Assembly (NCBI GenBank): GCA_010093815.1
Contig: ML996568.1
DNA from: Pseudovirgaria hyperparasitica
Taxonomy: Eukaryota
Length of the DNA stretch: 64,000 nt
Strand: one strand, 5' to 3'
In this document: positions 10,849 to 21,776 of the stretch, in pieces
Position numbering within the stretch: the first letter of the stretch is position 1
Layout of the letters: every line of letters begins with the position of its first letter
Notes under the pieces: model-generated
Told to the model about the DNA's origin: nothing
Databases searched by the model: none
What the model saw: the letters and a program-made list of their open reading frames with translations, nothing else
Program-made: the position numbers and the translations under genes

Positions 10849-13261
10849 TCAATCAATACGCCTAGCAGAGGAAACGTCAGGCACACCATGTCCTTCCACC
10901 ACCATTGCGCTAACCATCCCGTATACTGGTATCTCTGAAAGTCGTAACACTATGTGGTGTAATGTTGGAAGATCCTCCCAGTCCCCGGGGTTGAATGATA
11001 TGCTCGCTGTTTCCCCTATCATGACCCTGGTCACTTTAGACGAGACTACTTGCGACTCGCTAACATGCGGCAAAAACACAGCATGTTCTATATCCGCCTG
11101 ACCTCTCGCTGTGCCATTGAGATTGTCCGTACTCGGTATATACTTGTACGCAAATATGCCCTCACCAGGCTCGCTTTCATTTGTACCAGTTTCCTCCAAG
11201 GCAGGGATATCTTTAAGGCCGTCGATAGTAAAGTTCGCAAAAGTGATCCCTTGCCACTGTGCTTGTACATTATACGAGGTAGCCAGCCTGCATATTTCAA
11301 GTGAACAAAATAATTTTGGCACTCCAAGCTCTTCACGACCACTCACTATGGACTCTGCCAGGTTCTCAAACATCAGAGGTATGTACGTGCCATTCAAGAC
11401 CTCGCCGTTCTTTTGGACGTACTGAACACCATGGATGTATAGGCCAAGATGACGGTATCCGGTACCCCCCAGCCATTTCATTCCCTGTACAGTGGTCTGG
11501 GAGAAGCTGGCGAGCGCAACAGTTCCTGGAGACTTGAATGTGAATGATGTAGAGGGAAATAGATTCTGTAGTATGGTCCGAGAGGTTTTGAATTTGAATG
11601 ACCCTGTCACAAATTTTGACCCTTTTGGATTGAGATATGACCCTCCAAAGTACTGCCTAGGACCAGGCATTGGGCCGAAGGACACTGGCATTCGCCAGTA
11701 CAAGTCTGGTTTCTGCGACCACTGCCATTTACGGAATAGTTTCGTCGAGTTGTCCCATTCGTCATGCCCGAAGTTATAATTGGTGAATTCCATCACTGAT
11801 TTTGTTAGTCCGCGGCTTTGACTCAGAAGGGACCGAAATCTCTGACTTACTGTCTACAGGGCCGACCACGTCTCGGCCAGCCAGTCTAGAAAACTGCTGG
11901 ATTCGATGAGCCCGGGCTGAACGGAAGTCGGCGTAAAGCTTCAGACGCTCAGCGACCTCTTCTTGCTTTGTGCCACAAGGTAGCACTACGGCCAGCGAAG
12001 CTGCATCTTCCATTGCCTGGCCAGCGCCTTGACCTTGATGGGGTGTGAATGGGTGTGCAGCATCTCCAAGTAGCGCCAATTTGTTGTTTACCCACGTCGG
12101 TAGCTGATCCATGTCCCACAGCTCCCAAACCTTCAGCGTCTTGACGTCCGCCTTGCTCAAGAGCGCTACAAGATCGTCATCAAAATCTTGATACACCTTT
12201 TCCAATATCGATATATTGGTTTGGGTGGTGTATTCTTGGTCCCGGTCAACCTGCTGGGACTCGGATGTGGGATGCAGGGCAACAAAATTCAACAGCTCAT
12301 TATTTTGACAGGGGTACATGACAACCCTTCTGTCTTTGCCGTACCACATACTGAGATTCCCATTCACCTTTGCAAATCTTTCTGTCCTAGGATCTTCGAG
12401 CACCAATTTCCTAGGAATCATGAAGCGAAATGCGTTTTGACCAGAGCTCTTCGGCGTGATGTTCGGGTCTATTTGTTGCCTTGATCGAGACTTTATATGA
12501 TCGAGGTTAAATAAATCTAGCACGATCCGCGACGTCTACTCACATGAACTCCGTCGGCACCAATCACAACATCACCAATCACAATCTCTCCGTCCTCCAG
12601 TGTGATACTTGCCGTGGCAGGATCGAAATCAATGGCTTTACTGCAAGTCCTCAAGACTGCTGGCTCTCCTTTGCCATCTGTGGATGTCGCCAACCTCTTA
12701 AGAGCTGCATGTAAATGAACACGATGCGCAAGAAGCCATGGCTGACAGAAAGTCAACCAATGTTAACACAGCTAGTCAAGAAATGCCTACATGTTGCCAC
12801 AACTGGTTCATGCTTCGAAGGTCGATTTGCTCGCGCACTTCGCTCTTTGGGCTGAAATTGGTCATCTGACGGGATCAGTCAAGTTCCAAACTACTCGCGC
12901 AAGATGCATCATACTTGCTCAATACAATTCGCTCCTAAACTTTCCATGTCAATGATGCCGAGTCTACGCAGAAGGCCATTGGCGTTTGGCGTCAGATGAA
13001 CGGCTGCCCCGAGTTCATTCGCGAATCGAGACTTCTCCACAAGCTACACTCATTTCAGTACTTGTCGTATAGATAGTGAGCTCTTTGTGCTTCGCGTACA
13101 GTTACTTTGTGGCCTTGCTGCCGCAGGAAGCATGCTGCTGTCAGCCCGCCGATTCCCGCACCTACAATGAGAATTTTCAACGCAGGAGTTACTCCTGGTA
13201 TCTGACTGGGCTCATGGGGATCATTGGCCACATTTCCTTTCAAGACGTTTTGATGGGCCAT
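10849..13261 (-). CDS. FAD-dependent monooxygenase (salicylate hydroxylase-like) fused to a C-terminal acetoacetate decarboxylase-like domain
   Basis: IVGAGIGGL, ELGAAVHLTPNANG, IGADGVHS and LLGDAAHPFTPHQGQGAGQAMED; C-terminal SGREELGVPK. Five GT-AG introns join the ORF pieces in frame. Confidence 0.9.
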
Positions 13262-13358
13262 GGTGCTTTGCGCATCCGAGATGCCCCTCGCTCAGAGCCT
13301 GGAGAGTTCTTTATTTGAAATCAAAGTATCTGTGCCCCCTACTCCTACCATTGTACTG

Positions 13359-13481
13359 TATATATATATCTGCTAAACCGACTGGCTAACCAGTCCTTGT
13401 AGACCTTCGGCATGTGCATGTGGGGAGCAAGGTGCAAAACCCGAATCGGGCAAAAGCCGAGTCGCGCAAAATCCGACCTTG
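13359..13481 (-). promoter_or_regulatory. Putative promoter of the monooxygenase: TATA tract plus three tandem 16-bp CCG-containing repeats
   Basis: TA tract at 13359-13369; repeats gcaaaacccgaatcgg / gcaaaagccgagtcgc / gcaaaatccgaccttg at 13434-13481. Confidence 0.6.
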
Positions 13482-14199
13482 CTTAGCTTAAAAGTGCTCC
13501 ATACGAAAAGAGGGGCGAGGCGAAGTTATGTTGGTTTTTTTATGTGTGAAGCTCGAGCGTCCTCATCGCCGGTGGAGATCTCTCCAAAAGATATGTATCT
13601 AGGAGGCCTCCAGATCTCCGGCGCATGAAATGTCTCATTATGGCCGGGCCAGTAACGACAAGTCTAGCGACACATTACTAGATGCAGTTCCAGAGCAAGT
13701 CTCTCCAAGAGGGTTACAATTCTTTCTCAGATATACAACCGATGAGTTTCGCGTGAATATGGAGGGGGAAAAAGGTGTCAAGTCGTACAAAAGCTCCGAC
13801 GCGTGGCCTCGTCGATCGCCACAGGGAAGGTTCGGAACGGCATTGCGCGTGGTCGAGATAACACTAGTCTGGACTTCGGCGTGGTGATGGTAGAAAAAGT
13901 CGACTCAATACTTGACTCCAGCGTGGAAATACGATCAGGAGAAGTCACATTGGTATGTAGCGAGGAACGTAGCACGTGTGACGAAATGCGGAGAATGCTG
14001 TAGTCTTTACAGTCTCTGACTATGTGCGACAAGACTTTGGACGAAGACAAAGGAAAAGGCGGTGCGTGACCCTATAATTAGATCCATATTTATCTATGAA
14101 GACCCGAATTGCTGGGCTAAGCGAAGACTGCCAGTGTTGATGAAGTATCCATCACGTAACGAAGTAAGTCGTAGGGGTAGCAAGTGCCGGGCACTTACT

Positions 14200-14540
14200 T
14201 ATGCACGTATTTTACGCATATTTTCGTATACTATATACATATACCCTAAGTCTAGAAGTCTATCTCCCAAAATAGTTATATACACTTCTAGAATAAACTA
14301 GACAATCACTTCTAATTAGCTTCTACGCTATTAATGTCTAATTCTAGTCCTAATAAGAGAAATTCCTAAGAATTTGTATAGGCTATTATGCTTAAGAGAC
14401 TCTCTTCTGTTTTACTATTTAGTACTTATTTATCAATTATGTCTATTTTCAACACACACACATATATATGTATCTAATATGTAATTATATATATTATAGT
14501 AGGAACTGTAATTAGTGTATGGATATGTAAGCACTTAGAG
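14200..14540. other. AT-rich RIP-like relic
   Basis: Abrupt AT enrichment with a TpA excess just upstream of REI1. Confidence 0.65.
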
Positions 14541-14741
14541 TGATGTGATTCAAGTGCTACCCCGCCAAACTGCCGCCTCGGTCATGGTTACAAATTGTGG
14601 GTGGAAAAAAGACTCGCTACAGTCTCGTCTTGTAATCGCATCTCCTAAGAAGCTTTTCCCTCCCTTTCCCTCCTCACTTCTCTCCACCTATTGACAACCA
14701 AGCAACAGCTAATACGCCGACTGTGTTTGAATCTGACTGTT

Positions 14742-16465
14742 ATGGCCACACTCACCTCACAAGCTGCTCCCACCAGCAGCGCTGAGAAAAGCCATGCATT
14801 TACCTGCAACAGTTGCCTTGTCGCATACAGAACGAGCGAACTACAGCGAGCGCACATGCAGACAGATTTCCAGTAAGTACGCTCGCATATACTTGACATT
14901 CATAGCACTTACCATCTTTTCTCCTCAGTCGGTACAACCTCAAAAGACGGGTCGCGTCACTCCCACCTCTGACTCTGGAGGTTTTCACCGAAAAGGTTCT
15001 CGCAAATCGCGCTGATGCTGCTGCCACTGCCGCAAAAGCATCATTCGAAAAGGTCTGCTTAGCATGTCAGAAAACATACTACAGTCAAAACGCATACACA
15101 AATCACCTGAACAGCTCCAAACATAAAAATAACGTGGTGGCGAAAGGCAGACCATCGGCACGGCACGTCGCGGATGCCTCTGAAACAGCATCAATGATGA
15201 GCTCTACCTTCTCCCTTGGTGAGCCCACACCTTCAGCAGCATCAACGCCCGTCGCCGAGCTCAATGACGTAGTCGACCGTCTTGAAGGTGCGTCGTTGGA
15301 AGGACAGGATCTATCTCTCAAGCGACCTTCTGGACCAGATAGTTCTGCTACAGGCCAAGATCCTTTTACGCGGCCTCTTTCGAAGACCAGCACCACGTCG
15401 TCAGTATCGACACCAAGCAGCACACCTATTGATGGTGCAAAGCCCCCTTTGAAGAACTGTCTTTTCTGCAATTATACATCGCCTACATTCCCACTCAACG
15501 TCGAGCACATGAGCAAGCATCACGGCATGTTCATTCCGGAGCAGGAATACCTAATCGACACTGAAGGTCTGGTTGAATTCCTCTACAACAAAATTCATGG
15601 CGAACACAACTGTCTGTATTGCCCAAAGATCCTACACACAGCCAACGGCATTCAAACACACATGCGTGATCTGGGCCATTGCATGATCAATTTCGAAGAC
15701 GAGGAGGAAGCATTTGAACTGGGTGAGTTCTATGACTTCACAAGTACGTGGAGCGACGCAGACTCGGACTCTGAATCTTCAACGTCTACTGTTGGCGGCG
15801 GCGTCAAAGTCCCTAATAAGCGCAAGGGCGCTGAGGAAGGAGACGGTGTTTCCTCCGATGATGGAGAAGACGAAGGCTGGGAAACTGACAGCTCACTATC
15901 CGATGTTCCTAGCGATGAGATCACTTCCGTGCCAATCTCCGACCGCTCTCACAGATATGCCGAACTCAATAAGAGCCGCCACCACTCTCATTCGGATCCT
16001 CGTCCTCACCGTTCAGCTGATGGATTCCACAGTCATGCCCATGCTACCCCACACGCCGTATATCACGATGAATATGAACTCCATCTACCAAGCGGTCGTA
16101 CCGCTGGCCACCGCAGCCTGAACAAATACTACAAACAAAACCTTCGTACATACCCGACCCCGGCAGAACGCATGGCCCAGCGTGTCATTGAAGACCGGGA
16201 TGCGGACTCAGATATTGACATGGATGGTGGTGAGCAAGCTCAAAATCGGGAGCGTGGCCGTGGCAGGGATCAAAACCGTCAGCTTGTCTCGAGAGCCAAT
16301 GGTGGACTTGGTATGGTCGGTGTCAGTGATACTGTGAAGAGGGAAGTTCGAGCTCAAGAGAAACGCGATCGGAAGAGAGGGGAGCGTATGGAGAACAAGT
16401 TTCGAGCGAGAAGAGAGAAGAACGCCAACAGCCAAAAGCATTTCAGGGATCCACTCCTGCAGTAG
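14742..16465 (+). CDS. REI1: Pre-60S factor Rei1 (ZNF622 family C2H2 zinc-finger protein)
   Basis: FTCNSC...HMQTDFHRYNLKRRVASLPP (intron 14873-14928), CLFC...HMSKHHGMFIPE, ELHLPSGRTAGHRSL and C-terminal QKHFRDPLLQ. Confidence 0.95.
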
Positions 16466-16827
16466 ATTTATTGTTATCGAGGTTCTTACGGAGTTCGGGC
16501 CGCCGCTTGTTCATCGGAGTTAGAGATGTTATGCCAGGACGCCGTACGATAGACACACACATACGTAGCAATTCGCCAGTTCTTTGTATGACACATTCAG
16601 TTCGCTGGGAGAGTTAACGGTATAGGTAGTATTCTTAGCTAGAGACAATACGCGGTACGATCTCTTGCACCGTGCATTTGAGCTTATATTCTTTACGTTC
16701 ATTTTGAGCTTCACCAGCTCATTTTGTGTTCCCGACTATAGACCATACAACCACGTATGGACTTTTCTAGTCACTTATTATCTCATCGTACATGAGATAC
16801 GTCCACAGACCATTTCATCTGTAGGTT

Positions 16828-17754
16828 CTAGACATCAATACCCTCTACAGTAACGCCTTTGCTCCAGTTGTATTGCATGAATTTAGCAACCTCAGATGCG
16901 GAGTCTACAGACACCAATGCCGCAATGAGGTATAGCGAAGCGTCAATACCAGTAGTGATACCTCCACTAGTAATGACTCTCAGCCCACCGAGAGGCATTT
17001 TCGCACGCTTGACAATCGACTCGCGACGCTTAGATAGCTTCCACGCCTCGCTGCCACGACGGGCGCTGGACTTGCGACGCGCATCCGGGCGTTGCGACAT
17101 GATGAAGGGATTCTCGTCCCAGCGCTCGCCAAGCTCGAAGCGTGCGTTATTGACGACATACTTCTCTTCCATAACATCGGTGCGTACACCCAGGTCCTTC
17201 TGGCTCTCATCCTGACAGATCATCTCAAGGCGTGTGTAGTGTTCGGGGTGGGTGGTGGCAGCCAAACCTTGGAGAACACCTGCTTTGGCGAGAAACAAGG
17301 CGCCGGTGCAAACAGAGAATAGAGTACGTTCTTTAGAAGGATCTTTGCGTTGGAGCTCAGCCCAAGCTTTGATGAGGGGAATTGGGTCGTCGTTTTTCTC
17401 AATGATGGCAGCATAGTTGCCACCCGGAACGATGAGGACGTCAAATTCTTCGAGATCAGCCTCAGCATCTTCAAAGTCCATGTCGGCTTTGATAGTGATG
17501 CCTTGGGCGGACTGGACGGCAGGCTCTTTGGCACAAGTCTTGATTTGGAAGGCTGGATAGTCTGCAAGGAAGAGATTGATCAGCGTGTGAGTCGAGATGG
17601 AGATTGTTAGCTTACCGATGGACTTATCCTCGTGTTTGGTATAGTGAAGAGCCTCCATGGGCCCAACGTAATCAAGAGAGTCGAAGCCCGGGTGGAGCGT
17701 GAACAAGACCTGGATAGGTCCAGTACGCTCTGGGATATCAGCAATTGCACTCAT
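16828..17754 (-). CDS. DJ-1/PfpI (ThiJ) family protein
   Basis: LDYVGP, DVLIVPGG, nucleophile elbow SVCTGA, ATTH and VITSGGITTGIDA; in-frame 54-nt intron 17562-17615. Confidence 0.9.
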   Translation of the reverse strand: MSAIADIPERTGPIQVLFTLHPGFDSLDYVGPMEALHYTKHEDKSIGKLTISISTHTLINLFLADYPAFQIKTCAKEPAVQSAQGITIKADMDFEDAEADLEEFDVLIVPGGNYAAIIEKNDDPIPLIKAWAELQRKDPSKERTLFSVCTGALFLAKAGVLQGLAATTHPEHYTRLEMICQDESQKDLGVRTDVMEEKYVVNNARFELGERWDENPFIMSQRPDARRKSSARRGSEAWKLSKRRESIVKRAKMPLGGLRVITSGGITTGIDASLYLIAALVSVDSASEVAKFMQYNWSKGVTVEGIDV

Positions 17755-17953
17755 CTTGCCGGTTTTCAATGGTGAATTGAAAGAAGATTTGAGAGTCGAA
17801 TGAAGACTGTGAGCTGGAAGCTGGGTAATCGAGCGATGGAGGATGAGAAGAGGGGCAGTTGAGCTTGTGTCGTGTGCGTACGTTATGCAAGCATAAGCAT
17901 CCCTAGGAGTGCAAAGATGGTCACCTGCCACTCTCACCATCAATCAAGCTTAA

Positions 17954-18006
17954 GTGGGGTATTGCGGGGGAGCTCCAGCACGGAAGAGGAAAGGCGGAGT
18001 GTGGGG
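17954..18006. promoter_or_regulatory. Cluster of five CreA/Mig1 consensus sites (SYGGRG)
   Basis: GTGGGG 17954, GCGGGG 17964, CTCCAG (reverse) 17973, GCGGAG 17994 and GTGGGG 18001, about 200 bp upstream of the DJ-1 ATG. Confidence 0.5.
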
Positions 18007-18286
18007 TAAACACGCGGTCACGTTTAGTGCGTCCAAGTGGGTCTACGATCAAAGTATGCTCCCAGAATATCCATCCAAACTTTGGCGTCTTCCTGCTCTC
18101 CTTACGCCAGCCAAACCCTCAAACCGAACGGTTATAGGGCTGCAACATCATATATATATCAAATACGTGTACGAGGCCACGGATGTGGCATTTCTGCTGC
18201 ACCAACACCCAGTCCTCATTGGCGAGCAAGAGTGTATACAGTCACTCACAAGGCCTGGTTTCCAGCTATAATAGCATTCCAACAGC

Positions 18287-20288
18287 TTACAATGCAGCAT
18301 TGATCTTTTTCCATATACCAAACAATGCTGCCGCAGTACACACGGCCACGCCAATACCAATGTACAGATTCGTTCGATCCACCGGCTCTTCGCCATGTTT
18401 AGGCAAAGCAGTCACAGGGTTTGCCGCACACTCAGCTAGCTAGATGTTATTAGTCCTAAGTAACTGTGGCGTGTGCTATTGACTTACATGAACGAAAAAT
18501 TCCGACACGCCACTCCATGCGACGCTTACGTGCATCGGAGCAGGCATCTTCAGAGCACTCGTGTACTCATCTGGTTGTCGCTCACTTCGCTGTACTGACC
18601 GGTCTTGATCAGCCTTGAGAGCAGTGTATACTGCAGGCAGACCTTCCAGATGTGGGAACTTCTTGCGCAACTCAATGATGTGCACAAAACTCTCAGGGTC
18701 ACTAGAGTCATATGTATAGCATAGTAGGTCACAAGCATCCAATTTTGCTTGATTTTCCAGGATAGCAGACTCAAGCTCGCCAAGCTCCTCCATGATGAGG
18801 TAGCACTGTTTCCCACCTTTCAATTCGACACTATTGACGGCTGTCTGTGGCTTTATTGTAGGATGGTACGTCCCCGTGAAAGGGCGATTCAAGAACGAGG
18901 ACAACAGAGACGATTTGCCGCTGCCACTCCCACCGAGCACGTAACACAGGAAAACATTCCTCTCTACTCTTCCTACTCGACCTCGACGTTTCCGTGGCTT
19001 CGTGACTCGTAGTGCAGTTGTAGTTCCTCCCTTCTCCGGTCCGTCAAACCCAAGATAAGCCAAGTACTCTAGGGTAGTCTTCGGCTCTTCAAATGTGGTC
19101 ATGCTCCATTGTGCAAGCCATCCCTGAAGAGTTATGTGACCAGCATCGTTGCGAACTGTGCAGGATGGGAACGCAGAATCGACCCACGATGGCGGCAGAC
19201 CGGGCGTTGGGGCAAAGAGTGCTGCGAGTTCTGCTTCGTTCAAGGCTGTGTCATTGTCTTTGTCAAAGAGTAAAAACAGGTCTACAAAGAAACGATAACC
19301 AAGAGGGCTGAGCTCAGCGGACGCGAAGACTGGAACATCGAATTTGGGATGTAGGAATGACTCGGTAAGGCTCAGGCTGTCCGTGTAATGGAATTTTCGT
19401 AGGATGATCCATATCGTCTCATGTCGTCCTTTTTCTGCGAACGCCTTATTCAAGGTAAGGAAGTCTTTTTCATTAATTCCGCGATCTAGATCTGGGTGCG
19501 TGGTATTGCTTTGGGCAACGCGTTTGATGCTGACTAGGTCCGAGTCGTTCAGCGCCTTCTCGAAGCATTTTATTTGGAAGTCCATGATCTCTTTGTCATT
19601 CCAGTAGCCATCCTGGTCCCTATCACAGAGGTAGAAGATCCGTTGTAGTGCTGAGACGGCAGCAGGCTTCAAGTTCCCCTCTTTTGAATCAAAGAGCGGA
19701 GCTACTGGATGGGTTACAGCTTTTTGGCAGAGAAAGAAGACCTCATTTATGTTATAATGCTCTTTTGCGCTTGTCCTGATACAAGAATCTATCTCTTTAT
19801 ACTCGTTCATAACCGGGATCATTTCATCGGTCATGATCTGGGTGGTACTGCCTCCTGGAAGAAGGTCTGCCTTATTGGCACATAGCACAACTGGCACGTT
19901 GACTCCAAGGGAACGAAAGAACGGTAGCCAGAACAGGGCAACTCTTTCATAGCTATAATGATCTGCATAGACCAATAATATTACTGAAGCTTTCCGAAGC
20001 TCTTTTCGCAAGGTCTCGCGGTCCTGAGGTAAAGATGAAGTGTCGGCTATCACAGTGGTGACATGCTCCGGCGTGGCTAGTGTCGGCGGAAGCGTAATTT
20101 GTGGGAGGATGGACTGAATCTTGGTGGTGACAAAGACATCTTTGACCAAGCTGGTGATGATTGAGGACTTGCCTACGCCCTCATCTCCCACACAACAGAT
20201 TCGGACTGGTGAAAAAGTACGAATTAGCATACGTCCTATAAGATATTGATGAGCAGAACATGGAACAAGTTTAAGTACCGGTAGTCAT
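18287..20288 (-). CDS. GEM1: Mitochondrial Rho GTPase Miro
   Basis: [18 protein letters not shown] (10-nt first coding exon), two EF-hands (DRDQDG, DKDNDT), second GTPase GGSGSGKSS, and a C-terminal TM tail in the last exon. Confidence 0.97.
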
Positions 20289-20509
20289 CTCTGTAGCTCA
20301 TGATCTCGAGCGTGGCATTATTGTACGTTGCGCGTAACACGTAGTGAATTGTTGTTTTGACATCGTAATTCAACCAAGAGCTTAGAGCTTCTGTCAGGTC
20401 CTGAGGTGGCCCGCCCGGGCGCAAGGTTGATGTGGGGAAGCAATGCTTGGCATGGTCATCCTTTGGCGGCTGGCTCTCTCGAAACCACTGTGACTGTTGG
20501 CACTAATTC

Positions 20510-20830
20510 TACCAAGTACCGCTTATATATATTGGAGTCTATATATATAAGTCTCTCTATATAAATACTGGATTAACTACATCAAGTCTATCTAAGAAGT
20601 TACAGAGTCTCTTCACAATAATAAACGATTAAAGGAGTGGCCCATGTAAATGCTTGGAACTACTTTCTACTGTCTCCTTCCTCTTAAGATATATCCCTCT
20701 TATTATAAGATAATACAGATATTCTAGAGCTCACAATGTATATAGATTTTAAATGGATCCTCTTCTTCAAGTTTATATAGATATTAAGTATTTGGCCTCT
20801 TATCTAGAAATAAATAGCTTTATAGACCTG
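20510..20830. other. RIP-like AT-rich relic between divergent GEM1 and creC
   Basis: TpA-rich; the minus strand reads as a coding-like frame riddled with TAA/TAG. Confidence 0.6.
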
Positions 20831-21776
20831 GGTAGTGGGTGTAGGACGCTACCTTGGGTATGTAGCATCAGCGCCAAGAGTTACAGCTATTTTTGAGCTC
20901 GGCCTTTACGACCCAAATGATAATCATGAACGGCGAGAGAATGAAAGAGTTGGTACCGAATCTGAGAAGGATACTTCGCAATTTGGAAGGAGAGGCATCC
21001 AGCTCATAGATAGCCTGTAGCATAACCATGAATTGAAGCTTTTGTGAAGCTCTCGGCTTCAGACTGGGTTGTATCACGTATCAATTGTCCTCTACACAGA
21101 TCATACTGCATCCATCGTTGTCTATATCTGGCCAACATTCATGGCGGGGGAAACCGTTGGTGCGAGGCAGCCGAGCTGTTATTGTCTCTTCAAGGTTATT
21201 ATGTGTTATGGTTCAACCTTAGCATCATCCGTCGATAGAGGGCTTCGCACGGACGTTTCAAACCTCAGCCCCACATGTCTATAACATCATATACTTCCAT
21301 GAATTATTACCTAAGGGCCTTCTATTCCAATTCTTGTGCACTCTGTCGTCGTTATCAGTCTTCTCTGGCTGCCAAGCACTCATTCTGAAGCATTCCTGGC
21401 CATACTCCGCCAATTACGAACTGAGCAGTCTTGTGTTATTTACTTCGTAGGTATGACATCGCCCTCTTCTGCGGTGATTTGGGCTTCTCGGCCAGCTTAG
21501 CCGCCATCGCGACCTGCGTCGCATACTGCCATTGTCCCAGAACCGTCTATATCACACATTCTATCTTCAAGGCCACTCTCGAGCGCTGTACTAGTCTAGT
21601 GTTCGTCTCGGGTAGCCTATGAATTGAGTGAGGCCAGCTCCGAGCCTATTGACGAGTGGTACAAACGCTTATTGCGTTGATGGTACCTTGGGCACAGCGC
21701 AATGTTGGTGTTCGAGCCATCCATATGACTGCGCTAACTTGTACTTGTTCTAGTAAGCCTATCTATGGAAGCAGCT

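Noticed and set aside
13630..14050. Several overlapping short ORFs
   Set aside because: No homology cues; adjacent to a RIP-like tract.
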